Part shown: piece by piece, positions 15,540 to 25,454 of the stretch
Numbering within the stretch: the stretch's first letter is position 1
How the letters are laid out: each line of letters begins with the position of its first letter
DNA from: a virus
Taxonomy: Duplodnaviria > Caudoviricetes
Length of the DNA: 39,708 nt
IMG/VR virus record: IMGVR_UViG_3300020045_004239
Span: 1-39,708 of that record
Direction: 5' to 3' (one strand)
Notes under the pieces: generated by a model
What the model saw: the letters and a program-made list of their open reading frames with translations, nothing else
The model's database searches: none
Told to the model about the DNA's origin: nothing
Program-made: the position numbers and the translations under genes

Positions 15540-16171
15540 GACAGTCCCAAAACTTTAAACATTGTTCTAGTTTGAGCTATTCTATCTTCCAGCCCATTTG
15601 TACCACCATTGACGCGCTTAGTGACTGTTGTTATGCACGATGTGGATGTAGATGTGCATTGCTTACGAACCCCGTTCTTCTCAAACCAGTACTTACCAGC
15701 CAAAAAATAATTTTTAGGGTTGTCTAATAGTAGTTCTGGATCAGACTCTGTGTCTACTCCAATATATCTCATAAAAGACTGTATGTTATCTTTTCCAGTT
15801 AATTGTAATCCAAAGATGCCACGATATTTCCAACCATCGCCACTGGCTTCGTTGCCATTCCCCATGCGGTTAGCATATACCCAGTTAGCAATTTTTTCTG
15901 GGTTCTTTGCATAAGCAGCTGCATTTCTGCCGCCTGGTTGACCTGTAAAATACTTTTTAAAAATGTTAAGCAATCCAACTTCGTTATAATTCAGGTTCTC
16001 TCTTGCGTACTTATACAACCCGCTTTCATGCGCTACCTGTCCCATCATGTGTGCAAAAAATAACTTATCAGTTATGCCTAAGTCTTCCATCATCGCTTTA
16101 GCAGTGGCTGGACCCATGACGCCATCAGCAGTTAAGCCTAGCTGTTTTTGGTATTCAATTAAGTAATTCAT
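15536..16171 (-). CDS. Endolysin, glycoside hydrolase family 19, with N-terminal peptidoglycan-binding repeat
   Basis: YQKQLGLTADGVMGPAT; QVAHESG...ENLNY; YANRMGNG...GDGWKYRG..GLQLTGKDN; TKRVNGGTNGLEDR. Confidence 0.9.
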   Translation of the reverse strand: MNYLIEYQKQLGLTADGVMGPATAKAMMEDLGITDKLFFAHMMGQVAHESGLYKYARENLNYNEVGLLNIFKKYFTGQPGGRNAAAYAKNPEKIANWVYANRMGNGNEASGDGWKYRGIFGLQLTGKDNIQSFMRYIGVDTESDPELLLDNPKNYFLAGKYWFEKNGVRKQCTSTSTSCITTVTKRVNGGTNGLEDRIAQTRTMFKVLGLS

Positions 16172-16584
16172 ATTGACCTAGAGACCTGGATTTTCTCAAC
16201 CGTACGCGCAGCGGCAAGGCCCAACATCCCAAATAAAACCTGGCTGGTGATAGTTGTGTCAATTACTGGAAAAATACCCGTATAAGCAAAACCCACAATA
16301 GCCAAGAAACGGGCTAATGGCTCAAGAACAGCAACATAGGCCATTCCCGCAACACATACCCAACCGACTGCTGGCCGCCACCCTGAAACAAATAAACTTG
16401 GGTTGGCCGCTTCAACTTTATTTATCTCAAGCTGGCCAAGGATAAGCTGGTACTCATTTTGCATCTCCTGCATGGCTTGTGTCAATTTCGCCTTTTCGAT
16501 CTCGGTGGCATCAGGCCAAACCCGCTTAACCACGCTGTCAGCCAATGTGCTTACCGCCGCTATGGCATCATCTATTCCAAACAT
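16168..16584 (-). CDS. Holin (3TM gene-transfer-agent holin-like family)
   Basis: INKVEAA...FVSGWRPAVGWVC...GMLGL...RTVEK motif; start probably MFGIDD at 16584. Confidence 0.8.
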   Translation of the reverse strand: MFGIDDAIAAVSTLADSVVKRVWPDATEIEKAKLTQAMQEMQNEYQLILGQLEINKVEAANPSLFVSGWRPAVGWVCVAGMAYVAVLEPLARFLAIVGFAYTGIFPVIDTTITSQVLFGMLGLAAARTVEKIQVSRSI

Positions 16585-16625
16585 AACCCACCCCACATTA
16601 AATTTATTAATAACATTTTGACTAC

Positions 16626-16904
16626 CTAAATAATTCGACGATCAACCTTAACAGGCCTATTTCTCCTACGTCTATCATGTAGTACATTGAACTCGTACAT
16701 GATTCTTAGCACACAAGCCTTAGTCTTTTCAATACTTAAAATCAATTCGTTTCTGCTCTCTTCGTTTTGCAGTTTCAACTCATTTATGTTTTGTTGAATG
16801 TCGTGCAAATGCCTGAAAACAAGAACAAATAAAAGTAAAATAACAAGGCCAGCGATTCCGCCAGCCTTGCTAAATACATCTAGTATGTGGTCTAGATGGT
16901 TCAC
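16626..16904 (-). CDS. Single-TM membrane protein with coiled coil and basic tail (lysis-associated)
   Basis: GGIAGLVILLLFVLVF hydrophobic segment and DRRRRNRP tail. Confidence 0.6.
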   Translation of the reverse strand: MNHLDHILDVFSKAGGIAGLVILLLFVLVFRHLHDIQQNINELKLQNEESRNELILSIEKTKACVLRIMYEFNVLHDRRRRNRPVKVDRRII

Positions 16905-16909
16905 TAATA

Positions 16910-17275
16910 TTACGCTACTGGTGCATCTGGATTGATGTCATCCAAACTTTGTACAGATACGGTCAATTGGTCAGTGGTAGCAATAACTGCGTCCATAGCG
17001 GCTTGCAATTCAGGCGTAACAGTGCTATTACCTGCATCAATTATCGATTGTAAATGTGTAATAGCGTCAAGCTGTGCCTGAGTTGCGTTCCTAACTTCGG
17101 TGGACACTTTTGAAAGCTGAGTCATAATATTGCTCAAATTTGTGTTTACCGCTGTTAGTTGGGTCGCCAGTTCTTCTTGAGTTGACATAATAAGTTTCTC
17201 CAATTTGTGAAGGTGATGTGTTAAATGATTAAACAGCTGCAAAAGCTCTGTTAAAAAATTTTGTTCATTGTGCAT
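16910..17275 (-). CDS. Helical/coiled-coil hypothetical protein with a second in-frame start at 17188
   Basis: GGAG SD precedes both ATG 17275 (MHNEQ) and ATG 17188 (MSTQEELA). Confidence 0.65.
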   Translation of the reverse strand: MHNEQNFLTELLQLFNHLTHHLHKLEKLIMSTQEELATQLTAVNTNLSNIMTQLSKVSTEVRNATQAQLDAITHLQSIIDAGNSTVTPELQAAMDAVIATTDQLTVSVQSLDDINPDAPVA

Positions 17276-17321
17276 ATAATACTCCAATAAAATAGTTCGT
17301 CTCGTGAACCAACCGTTTTAC

Positions 17322-17546
17322 CTAAACTTTAGGCAAATCTGCACAGTGGTCTCTGTTCTGAAATGTACCTACCACGTTGTATTCATTTAATCCCGCTAAC
17401 CAAGCAATACCAGCGGGAGTTGTAGCTCCATGTGGATTGTTTCCTACAACAAGACCAGCAATCTTACCAGATCGACCTTCTGCATAAGCTTTTGCTTGCC
17501 TAAATGTAGGTTGATTAACGCCTGTTACTTTGTACTTGCCACTCAT
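17322..17546 (-). CDS. RMF/CrpP-like small protein
   Basis: AGGAGG SD; AYAEGRSGKIAG...NNPH......IAWLAGLNE matches the A..EG..A...G.....PY......W..GW pattern of ribosome modulation factor-like proteins. Confidence 0.55.
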   Translation of the reverse strand: MSGKYKVTGVNQPTFRQAKAYAEGRSGKIAGLVVGNNPHGATTPAGIAWLAGLNEYNVVGTFQNRDHCADLPKV

Positions 17547-17558
17547 AACTACCTCCTA

Positions 17559-18038
17559 TTAATTTATATGGTAAATTTGCTTAGCATTTATATAAGCTAA
17601 ATTTGCTTCTGATTGTGTTGTAAAAGAGCCTAAATGAATTTGTGTACCAGCAACACCTATTTTCGCATAATACCTATTTACATCACTGCGATAATAAGTA
17701 CCAATACCTATTTTAAATTGATTTTGCATATTTATTTCTCTATTAGATTCCCTTAAATTAGCAATCCTATTATCAGTCTTACATCTATTTATATGGTCTA
17801 TTTCTAATGTAGGAAATACACCATATTCATAAAGCCAAGCAAGTCTATGGGCTAAGAATTTCTTCCCATTAATTTTAATATGGATATACCCACAATTATT
17901 TATACATCCTACAATATCGCCTAACCTTGTTTTTGTATTATGCTTAGTGTATTGTTTCACTAAAATAAATATACCAGATTCAGAAATATATTCAAAATGC
18001 TCTTTAAGAAATTTTTGAGTAATATCACTATTAGCCAT
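17559..18038 (-). CDS. HNH-AP2 homing endonuclease (intact)
   Basis: AHRLAWLY, IDHINRCKTDNRIANLR, and AP2-like HLGSFTTQSEANLAYINAK. Confidence 0.9.
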   Translation of the reverse strand: MANSDITQKFLKEHFEYISESGIFILVKQYTKHNTKTRLGDIVGCINNCGYIHIKINGKKFLAHRLAWLYEYGVFPTLEIDHINRCKTDNRIANLRESNREINMQNQFKIGIGTYYRSDVNRYYAKIGVAGTQIHLGSFTTQSEANLAYINAKQIYHIN

Positions 18039-18039
18039 T

Positions 18040-19599
18040 TTATTTCTCCTTAATTTTGTTTTTTAAATAATAAGGTGTATTTTCACCTGTCGTTGACTCT
18101 AATAAAAATTGTTTTATAAGTGATGGCACTTCTGCCCTATTAGAAACATTAGCGATATTACCAGCTAACTGTGCGCCTAATGAGGATATATAAGGCGACC
18201 TGCCTGCAATATGAGCAGCGGCGTATGCGGGGGAAAGTAAAGATGCTCCGCCTCCTATCATTCCTAAATCAAAAATTCCCGCATTAGATGGAATCATTGC
18301 AGATGATCTATTTCCTGCAATAGCAGGAATAAAATTATCCTTTGAATCGAATTTCTCAATAATTTTTCTAACATGGGGTTTTTTAAAAGTTGATTGCAAC
18401 TTATTTATAACATTTTGTGGATTAGCCTTTTTACCTAAAGATAGGTTATCACGCAGTTCTTTTAAAAAATCAAGTGTATCAGAAGACTCGCTTGTCATTT
18501 TTACATAAAGTGGGGATTCTTTTTTGATAACAGAATCTACCGCTTTGGATATCTCTGCAATAGCAGTAAAATCAGGATTAGCAAGCACGTCATTTCCACG
18601 ATTAGATGGAATGGACCTTATTTCTCTTTTTAGAGAATCTAGCCCAACAGGTGTATGATATTCTGGACCACGCGATTCATAATCCAATACCATTTCTTTT
18701 ATCTTTGCAGCAGTTTTGACTAAGTTAGGATTATTCACATGGTCCTTAAATTTTCCACGCGATATTACATCATCAATCTTATCATAAATAGAATCAAATG
18801 GCAAAATTTGATTGTCTGATTCAACTGCTTTTTTATTAGCAACATATTTTTGTAGACCAGATTGTTTTACTTTTTCATATAAACTATCAGCCTTTACAAC
18901 CAATTCATCAACCAAATCTTCATTAGAGCGAAATTTTTTAAATTCTTGTTGTGCGCTTTTGCCTCCCTTGCTAAATATATCATATACCACTGAAAGCGGA
19001 GTTTGTGAGAATCTTGATAACCAAGGCGATACAATTTTCGTGGCAGATTTAGGTAGTTCTGCTAATCCAGACAATGCTAAACTGCCAACAGTTGACATAT
19101 TGGTATTAGCCATTTTATCTTTTGCATAGTTATCAGAATTAATTACTGGGCTAGTTAAACCAGTAGCAAAACCAGTAGTTATGGCAGGAGCAATCGCTTT
19201 AATAATAGATGGTAATTTAGTTGATGCTTGTATTGCTTTACTTGCATATTTTAAACCCGCGAGAGGTGTTGCTGCTTGACCAAGTAAGTTATACACATCA
19301 ATGCCTGGATTTGCCGCTTTATCTTGAGTATTTTGCTCATTTATATATTTATCGACTTCATCAGTTTTTATACCTGTTAAATGAGAAGCACCTTGGGCCA
19401 ATCCTTCTCCAAGAGATAGTGCACCTCTACCTATCCTGTAAACAGGATTTTGCAATACTTTTTTAGATGAATGCAATGGGTCAAATTTTTTATTTTCTTG
19501 CATAGAAGTATAAGCATCTGCAAGTTTTCTAGCAGACTCAGTATCACCAGCAGCATGAGCGTTTCTTAAAGCATCTTCGATCTCTGCTAAAGTAGCCAT
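18040..19599 (-). CDS. Putative internal virion / DNA ejection protein (519 aa)
   Basis: Position at the end of the tail operon; N-terminal ALRNAHAAGDTESARKLA helix and Gly/Ala-rich hydrophobic stretches typical of podovirus ejection proteins. Confidence 0.6.
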   Translation of the reverse strand: MATLAEIEDALRNAHAAGDTESARKLADAYTSMQENKKFDPLHSSKKVLQNPVYRIGRGALSLGEGLAQGASHLTGIKTDEVDKYINEQNTQDKAANPGIDVYNLLGQAATPLAGLKYASKAIQASTKLPSIIKAIAPAITTGFATGLTSPVINSDNYAKDKMANTNMSTVGSLALSGLAELPKSATKIVSPWLSRFSQTPLSVVYDIFSKGGKSAQQEFKKFRSNEDLVDELVVKADSLYEKVKQSGLQKYVANKKAVESDNQILPFDSIYDKIDDVISRGKFKDHVNNPNLVKTAAKIKEMVLDYESRGPEYHTPVGLDSLKREIRSIPSNRGNDVLANPDFTAIAEISKAVDSVIKKESPLYVKMTSESSDTLDFLKELRDNLSLGKKANPQNVINKLQSTFKKPHVRKIIEKFDSKDNFIPAIAGNRSSAMIPSNAGIFDLGMIGGGASLLSPAYAAAHIAGRSPYISSLGAQLAGNIANVSNRAEVPSLIKQFLLESTTGENTPYYLKNKIKEK

Positions 19600-19600
19600 A

Positions 19601-20830
19601 TTACTTACTCTTATATTTGTTAACTAAATCATCAATACCTAAGTTTTTATCATCTATTTGTTCTGGTTGAATTTCTTTATCAACTGAATCAGTAGAGTTA
19701 ATTGAACCATCAGGATTTAATGTTACATTATCATAAATTTTAACCCATTTATTTCCAACCTTAGACTCAAGTGTTTTATTTACATGGTCGTATCTTTCTT
19801 TTCCAGTATCTGAATATTGAAACCCTTGTTCTTCTTTTTGATCTTTAGGTGGAGATATAGATTTAAATCCATTATTTTCGTTGTAATAATTATCATATTG
19901 TTTTTGAGTTGTTAAAACTTCATCACGCAATACTTTTAATTTTGCGATTGCAGAATCTTTATCATCCGTTGATGATGGCAAATGGGTTCTTAAATCAGGC
20001 ATTTCTCCAAATGTTGCAGTTGCCCCAGTAATATCATGTTTTCTAAGAGACTTTATTTTACCAATTTGTGCAATAGTCGCTGTATGTTCTGGTTTAGTAA
20101 ATCTATTTTTAATATCTTGTGTAGGTTCTGTTATATTAGCATAATTTTGAATACCAAGAGCATCAGGGTTTTCTTCAATCATTTTTATTGCTTTGTCAAT
20201 TTCTTCTACAGTTGCATTATTAGCGTTATAATCACCAACATGCTTTGCTGGTGGCATTCCTAGCTTAATTGGTTTTTGAGCAATCGTTCCATCTTTTAAT
20301 ATTTGTGCATCTTTATACCGCATATTTATATCGGCATTTTTCTGAGAAGTGCCAGAATTTAGTCTTAGTGTATCCGCATTTTGTTGCTTGATAGAACGAT
20401 CTTGAATATCAGCAGGGCGTTCTTGCATTTCAATTTGCCTAACCATTTCCCTATTTTGCTCAGGAATAGCTTCACTATAAACATAGTCAGCATTTTTCTG
20501 AACCACTGAACGATTTGAATCTTCAAGATTATTCTTAATAACATTACCAAAATATTCAGGGAACATTTTTGCAATATCTTCACCTTGCATGGCTGCCATA
20601 GTTTCCATAGAATCATATATACTAATTCTTCTGGGATCACTTGTTGCTGCTCTTAGTGGCGCATTTATGTTTTTTATGTGATCTGCATATAATTTAGCAG
20701 TTTCTTTATTTTTAACCGATTTAGCATAATCCTGCTCTTGCTGCTTCATCGCATTGAAATAGTTAGGGGCAACTTGAGACAGAAAGCCTTCCATCAAACC
20801 ACCCATGAATCCTTCTGCCATATTAGCCAC
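19601..20830 (-). CDS. Putative internal virion / DNA ejection protein (409 aa)
   Basis: Synteny with the three-ejection-protein layout; amphipathic Gly-rich N-terminus and helical body. Confidence 0.55.
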   Translation of the reverse strand: MANMAEGFMGGLMEGFLSQVAPNYFNAMKQQEQDYAKSVKNKETAKLYADHIKNINAPLRAATSDPRRISIYDSMETMAAMQGEDIAKMFPEYFGNVIKNNLEDSNRSVVQKNADYVYSEAIPEQNREMVRQIEMQERPADIQDRSIKQQNADTLRLNSGTSQKNADINMRYKDAQILKDGTIAQKPIKLGMPPAKHVGDYNANNATVEEIDKAIKMIEENPDALGIQNYANITEPTQDIKNRFTKPEHTATIAQIGKIKSLRKHDITGATATFGEMPDLRTHLPSSTDDKDSAIAKLKVLRDEVLTTQKQYDNYYNENNGFKSISPPKDQKEEQGFQYSDTGKERYDHVNKTLESKVGNKWVKIYDNVTLNPDGSINSTDSVDKEIQPEQIDDKNLGIDDLVNKYKSK

Positions 20831-21524
20831 CCATTAGTTGTCTTAAATAAGCACTTAGATCATTATCTGCCCACGGTTTGTCTCCGATTGCCTGTTGTAC
20901 TTGAGGGACACTAATATCACCAAAGTTTATTTCAGGAGCTTGTGGGATACTGCCGCCCTTTTTTATGCTATCCCCAAGCATTGAGCCAATCATGCCACCC
21001 AAATTTTTTCCATCAAATTTCCCATCTTCGCCATATAACCCAGCGCCTTGCAAAGCATCACCCATAAAACCATTAGACTTAGGCACATTAGACGCCTTTC
21101 CAGCGTCTGTTTTGGCAATTAATTGGCTCATAGAGCCAGCGGTATCAGGCAACGCAGGAGCAGGGTTTGGCCCACTCATAAGCATTTTTATCAAGCCCAT
21201 TGCAGGATCAGACATACCACCATCTGAACTACCTGAACTCGTGCCACCACCAGAACCGCCCATCATAGATTGTAGTCCGCCTAGCATACCGCCTTGGCTA
21301 CCACCTACTGCTAAACCAGTCCCAGCTGAATTAAGTGCGCTTGTCCCTAAAGCAGCTTGAGCGGCATTGCCAATACCACCAAGCATAGACCCAAGTGTAG
21401 ATGCGCCTGCCGCTCCTGCTCCTGCTGCTCCTGCTCCTGCTGCTCCTGCACCAGCGGCAGCTCCTGCTGCACCACCCATGCCCAATGCAGATAAAACTGA
21501 TGCCCCAAATGCCATTATGCTCAT
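20823..21524 (-). CDS. Gly/Ala-rich putative ejection (pilot) protein
   Basis: GAAGA repeats (GCTCCTGCT tract at about 21411-21470) and low-complexity G/S/M segments. Confidence 0.55.
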   Translation of the reverse strand: MSIMAFGASVLSALGMGGAAGAAAGAGAAGAGAAGAGAAGASTLGSMLGGIGNAAQAALGTSALNSAGTGLAVGGSQGGMLGGLQSMMGGSGGGTSSGSSDGGMSDPAMGLIKMLMSGPNPAPALPDTAGSMSQLIAKTDAGKASNVPKSNGFMGDALQGAGLYGEDGKFDGKNLGGMIGSMLGDSIKKGGSIPQAPEINFGDISVPQVQQAIGDKPWADNDLSAYLRQLMGG

Positions 21525-21940
21525 TTTGCTATCCTCTTTTGGTATTCTTCCATTGTGTCAACTGATAAATACGATTCTATTTCGTGTATGTCTTTTAAGT
21601 CACAATGATGAACAGTTAAAAATAATGAATCTTGAATAGAATATACAGCTTTTTTGCTGCCAGCCTTTGAATATGAAATATCACCAGCTTTCATTAAAAG
21701 ATGCTCACCAGAGTCGTTTACAATAGACACGCAGCCTTTTGTAATTACTGTATAGCTTTCAGTCGTGTGTACCTTCCCTGTGCATACATATCCCGCTGGC
21801 ATTGAAAATTCCCGCATATAAACGCCATCAACACACATAAAATGCCGAACATTATTCTCCATTTGAGGCAATTTTTTTAGATGGTTTTCAAGATTTTCAA
21901 TGATTACTAATGCTTGAGATTTTTCAACTATTTCATTCAT
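21521..21940 (-). CDS. Cupin-like protein in the virion module
   Basis: HF..DGVYMREFSMPAG....GKVH.......KG.V......AG.KKAVY...D..FLTVH double-stranded beta-helix pattern. Confidence 0.65.
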   Translation of the reverse strand: MNEIVEKSQALVIIENLENHLKKLPQMENNVRHFMCVDGVYMREFSMPAGYVCTGKVHTTESYTVITKGCVSIVNDSGEHLLMKAGDISYSKAGSKKAVYSIQDSLFLTVHHCDLKDIHEIESYLSVDTMEEYQKRIAK

Positions 21941-21942
21941 AG

Positions 21943-22770
21943 CTATTTACCAGAATAAGAACTGCCACTTTGTATAGCATTTGTTAATATTGTTGGATTA
22001 CCTATAGCAGCAGAATAATTTTGCAAATTTTGCCAAGGCATCTGCGATGGAGCAAGCTGCCCCATTATAGACTTTTGAATACCTGGGATCATATTTGCAG
22101 CTTGATTCATATTCGCGTCTTTTCCTTGTAACGCACCGCTTGCTAAATTAGCGTACATGCCTTGCCTAGCTGTCATTTGTTCATCTGCCATTCTTGCAAT
22201 ACCCAGCTTGTTTTGCAAGTCTTTATCAAATGAGTCATAACCGACTTTAGTCATATTGTCTTGTAAATTCTTATCAATATCACGACTAATTAGTGCTTCT
22301 GCAACACCATGCCTAGAGCCACCTGCCATACCAGTGCCAGCCAATCTAGCATCAAGACTGGCTTCGCTTAAGTCCCTAGTTCTTTGTGCGTCTTTGGTAA
22401 ATATATTTTTCATAGCATCGACGTAGTCGTTGCCCTGACCACCCATAATGCTTTCATACAAGCCTGTAGACTGACTAGGCGTATTTTGAAAGCCTTCTAT
22501 CTTGCCTAATATAGAATTAAGGTCTGCGCCTGCATAAGCCCCGCCGCCGCTTAATGCATTATGTGAAGCATTTTGTTTACCAAGGGCTTCAGCCATTTGC
22601 GCTTGCAACTGCGGAGCCATAGCCTTGACATTTGCGTTTTGCTCAGTAAATGTTTGTTTTGATTGCCGCATTAAGTTTGCTAATGCTTTGCGTTGATACG
22701 GCGGTATTCTTTGTGTAGATGAACCACTACTATTGCTAGATGATGACTGTGTACCTAATAAACTTGCCAT
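21943..22770 (-). CDS. Putative internal virion / DNA transfer protein (275 aa)
   Basis: SSSSGSSTQRIPPYQ N-terminus, GMAGGSRHGVAE and PWQNLQNY motifs typical of podovirus DNA transfer proteins. Confidence 0.6.
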   Translation of the reverse strand: MASLLGTQSSSSNSSGSSTQRIPPYQRKALANLMRQSKQTFTEQNANVKAMAPQLQAQMAEALGKQNASHNALSGGGAYAGADLNSILGKIEGFQNTPSQSTGLYESIMGGQGNDYVDAMKNIFTKDAQRTRDLSEASLDARLAGTGMAGGSRHGVAEALISRDIDKNLQDNMTKVGYDSFDKDLQNKLGIARMADEQMTARQGMYANLASGALQGKDANMNQAANMIPGIQKSIMGQLAPSQMPWQNLQNYSAAIGNPTILTNAIQSGSSYSGK

Positions 22771-22771
22771 T

Positions 22772-23206
22772 TTATTGCTCCACTTTATATATTAAAGTTG
22801 TACTTAATTTCTCCCAATTGGGGTTTGACTTTTTAAATTGTATTTCCCAACCCACTCTAGCACCTATAGCTCTTATTTCACTGCAATTTAAATCTTTTGA
22901 AATAGCTATCAAAACTTCATCATAGTCGCCACAAAAAATGTCAAGGCTGCCACCAGCCATTGAAACATTAAGAACTCTAAGCCCAGTATCAAAAACTTCT
23001 ACTTGTAAAATAACAAGACTTTTTACTGATCGGCCATCTAAACACAGTATCATCAAAGCATTGTCACTTTTTAGCTTAGCCTTTACAGTATCAAGGTTCA
23101 TTTCTCCATGAGCCTTAGCAATAATAGAAGATATAATGTTTTCAACAAAAGGCCACATAAAGTCTATCAAGTAATGAGGAATAGCGGCGATAGTGTATTT
23201 CATCAT
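22772..23206 (-). CDS. GNAT-like virion assembly protein
   Basis: LNVSMAGG...ISKDLNCSEIRAIGARVGW pattern; located between tail and ejection genes; start at the ATGA overlap (23206). Confidence 0.6.
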   Translation of the reverse strand: MMKYTIAAIPHYLIDFMWPFVENIISSIIAKAHGEMNLDTVKAKLKSDNALMILCLDGRSVKSLVILQVEVFDTGLRVLNVSMAGGSLDIFCGDYDEVLIAISKDLNCSEIRAIGARVGWEIQFKKSNPNWEKLSTTLIYKVEQ

Positions 23207-23868
23207 GCAGCCCTTATTAAGCATCCTTGAAATAATGTCGCACTGCCATTAAGCACTAAAGTATTTGAAGCAGCCCCAGAAAAGCACCTAACATCAACAA
23301 AATCAGTTGTTCCATTCATATTTACAATACCTGTTACAGTATAAGTACCAGATGCTTCGTTTAATGCTTCATATTTACCAATAAAAAAAATAACATTATT
23401 TTTAAAAATTGACAATAAGTGCGTAGTATTAGTTGTGTCGCACTGGATACTTGCATTAATTAAATAATAGCCCGCTACTGTTGGGGTAAATACACCTGTT
23501 ACATTGTTATAATTAGAATTTGTATCAAAATCTTCTATATTATGGATAACTTTAGTGTATACTGCGGCAGCTAATGCGTTTGCAACAGTATGGTGTGCAG
23601 AAAAAATAGGCCCATTCCCTGCAACATTTGCCGCTAGTTTAGGCTGCGTGACTGAACCATCTGCTAATTTAGTAGTTGTTACAGCACTATCTGCTAGTTT
23701 AATAGTTGTTACAGCGCCATCTGCCAAATTTGCCGTTTTTATAGCTCCAGACAACGATATATTTTTAGCAACTTCAATTACATTATTAAGACGCACCTCT
23801 AAATCTCTTAGAGCTCTGGTTAAGAAGCTAGATTGGTTATCGTCAAATGACTTAGGTGGTTGTTCCAT
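23203..23868 (-). CDS. Short tail fibre/needle with 10-aa repeats and C1q-like tip
   Basis: LADGAVTTIK-LADSAVTTTK-LADGSVTQPK repeats; FSAH...DTNSNYNNVTGVFTPTVAGYYLI...MNGTTDFV...FQG. Confidence 0.75.
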   Translation of the reverse strand: MEQPPKSFDDNQSSFLTRALRDLEVRLNNVIEVAKNISLSGAIKTANLADGAVTTIKLADSAVTTTKLADGSVTQPKLAANVAGNGPIFSAHHTVANALAAAVYTKVIHNIEDFDTNSNYNNVTGVFTPTVAGYYLINASIQCDTTNTTHLLSIFKNNVIFFIGKYEALNEASGTYTVTGIVNMNGTTDFVDVRCFSGAASNTLVLNGSATLFQGCLIRAA

Positions 23869-25454
23869 TATCTTGCTATCACAGGTATAGTGCCACCAAT
23901 TCTTGAGCCTGAATCTTCAAATTCAAACATCAAACCATTTAGCTCAAAATACGAGTCGTTAACGCTCGACACTCTCCAAGAATGTAATGCTCCAGTAGAG
24001 CGTATATCAACTTTTCTTTGCGTGTTAGGTGTATAAGTCACAGGAGGCTTCCACCTAACAGGAGCGCCAACATAGTCATGAGAACCTACTTCGATAAGTA
24101 CACTTCCATTCGATTTTATATTAGGCCAAACTCTAGTAATTGTACTAACATTATCATTATCTTCTAGCATTAAATTAGTGCGCTCAATAACTGTCCCGTA
24201 GTTACCAATACCGCTTTGCGCGATCGGCTCCAAGTTTTTAAGAGTCCCTACACTGTCCAGTGCAATAATCCTTCCAGAACCAGTACCAGAGTCCCAAGCA
24301 GTAGAATCAGAATCCCATATAGTAGTATCAGAATCCCATGTATCAACTACAGGTTGTAGTGGACCAAATGTCGCATGAGCTTTACTACCAGAAATATCTC
24401 TGATAGAGACAGTGCCATCAACAGAATGTATTATAAACGCTATATTTGGGTACGTAGAACCTTGCTGAACAATAAAGAACCACACCTCTTTAGTTATTGG
24501 ATTATACTTAACAAACGAATTTTTAAAGTTATCAGAACTTATTGTAGAGTCTAACAACCGCTTTTGTTTTTTGTGCAATACAGAGCGAACAGTGTTGCCA
24601 TCATTCAGAAGTATATCACCATTCATTAGTATATAGTGATTGCCTAATACTTCTGCTATGTTGTCAATTGCTAAATAGTTGTTAGTTTTTGACAACACGC
24701 GACGTTCAAATGGAACATCACTTCTACCTGTATATGACAGTAAGTGGATGCCCCTATTTGTGTATATACAAAACTCGTTTCTTAAAGATAATCCATCAAT
24801 GATAAATTCTTCATCTATCATTTCCTTACTTGCGATAGTCGATAAGTCTAGCTCATCCCACGAGAAAGGCAACCCATTAATATCAGCAGGGTGTGACCAC
24901 CTGTATGAGCTAGGTAAAGCAGTTGCTCCTTCTGTAAGATTTAATGCGAATAAGAAATTCAAGTGCGAACGAATTACTTTGCATTTATACCCCTTAGTTC
25001 TCCAAGTAGTAGCAGCATCAAACTTTAAATCTTGCATAACTTGAGCGGTGCTTAGTGGAGACCAATACTCTGGAAAACCTACATTATTTGTTATTACAGG
25101 GATCTTACCTAACTTGCACCCTGTCCAAGTTAGCTCTTCACCTGCACTCATGCCATAAGCAGTAATATTGCTTATATCAAACCATGATAACGAGCTTAAC
25201 TGATATACTTTAACAGCGTTTAATCCAGCAACTAAATAAAAAGTTTCTGTATCTGTTTGAACAGTGTCGACATAGCCAGAAGTCACAGCACTTCCACCCA
25301 CAGAGTTAGACTCTTCATTATTAAAAGTTATATACTTTTCATCACGAATTATATAATTCTTAGCATAGGTAATGTCATCAAGCTCAAGGCAAGCCGCATT
25401 TAAGTCAAGGTTAGGTGACTTACGTCCTAATGACTTTAATGGCAGCTTTTTCAT
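23868..25454 (-). CDS. Tail nozzle / tail tubular protein B-like
   Basis: 528 aa, beta-rich; RWS...P.SWD, TKEVWF and a WDSD repeat; expected position after the adaptor. Confidence 0.7.
   Translation of the reverse strand: MKKLPLKSLGRKSPNLDLNAACLELDDITYAKNYIIRDEKYITFNNEESNSVGGSAVTSGYVDTVQTDTETFYLVAGLNAVKVYQLSSLSWFDISNITAYGMSAGEELTWTGCKLGKIPVITNNVGFPEYWSPLSTAQVMQDLKFDAATTWRTKGYKCKVIRSHLNFLFALNLTEGATALPSSYRWSHPADINGLPFSWDELDLSTIASKEMIDEEFIIDGLSLRNEFCIYTNRGIHLLSYTGRSDVPFERRVLSKTNNYLAIDNIAEVLGNHYILMNGDILLNDGNTVRSVLHKKQKRLLDSTISSDNFKNSFVKYNPITKEVWFFIVQQGSTYPNIAFIIHSVDGTVSIRDISGSKAHATFGPLQPVVDTWDSDTTIWDSDSTAWDSGTGSGRIIALDSVGTLKNLEPIAQSGIGNYGTVIERTNLMLEDNDNVSTITRVWPNIKSNGSVLIEVGSHDYVGAPVRWKPPVTYTPNTQRKVDIRSTGALHSWRVSSVNDSYFELNGLMFEFEDSGSRIGGTIPVIAR

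Noticed and set aside
21411-21470. GCTCCTGCT tandem repeat as a possible array or contingency locus
   Set aside because: It simply encodes GAAGA low-complexity protein sequence in frame; there are no spacers.
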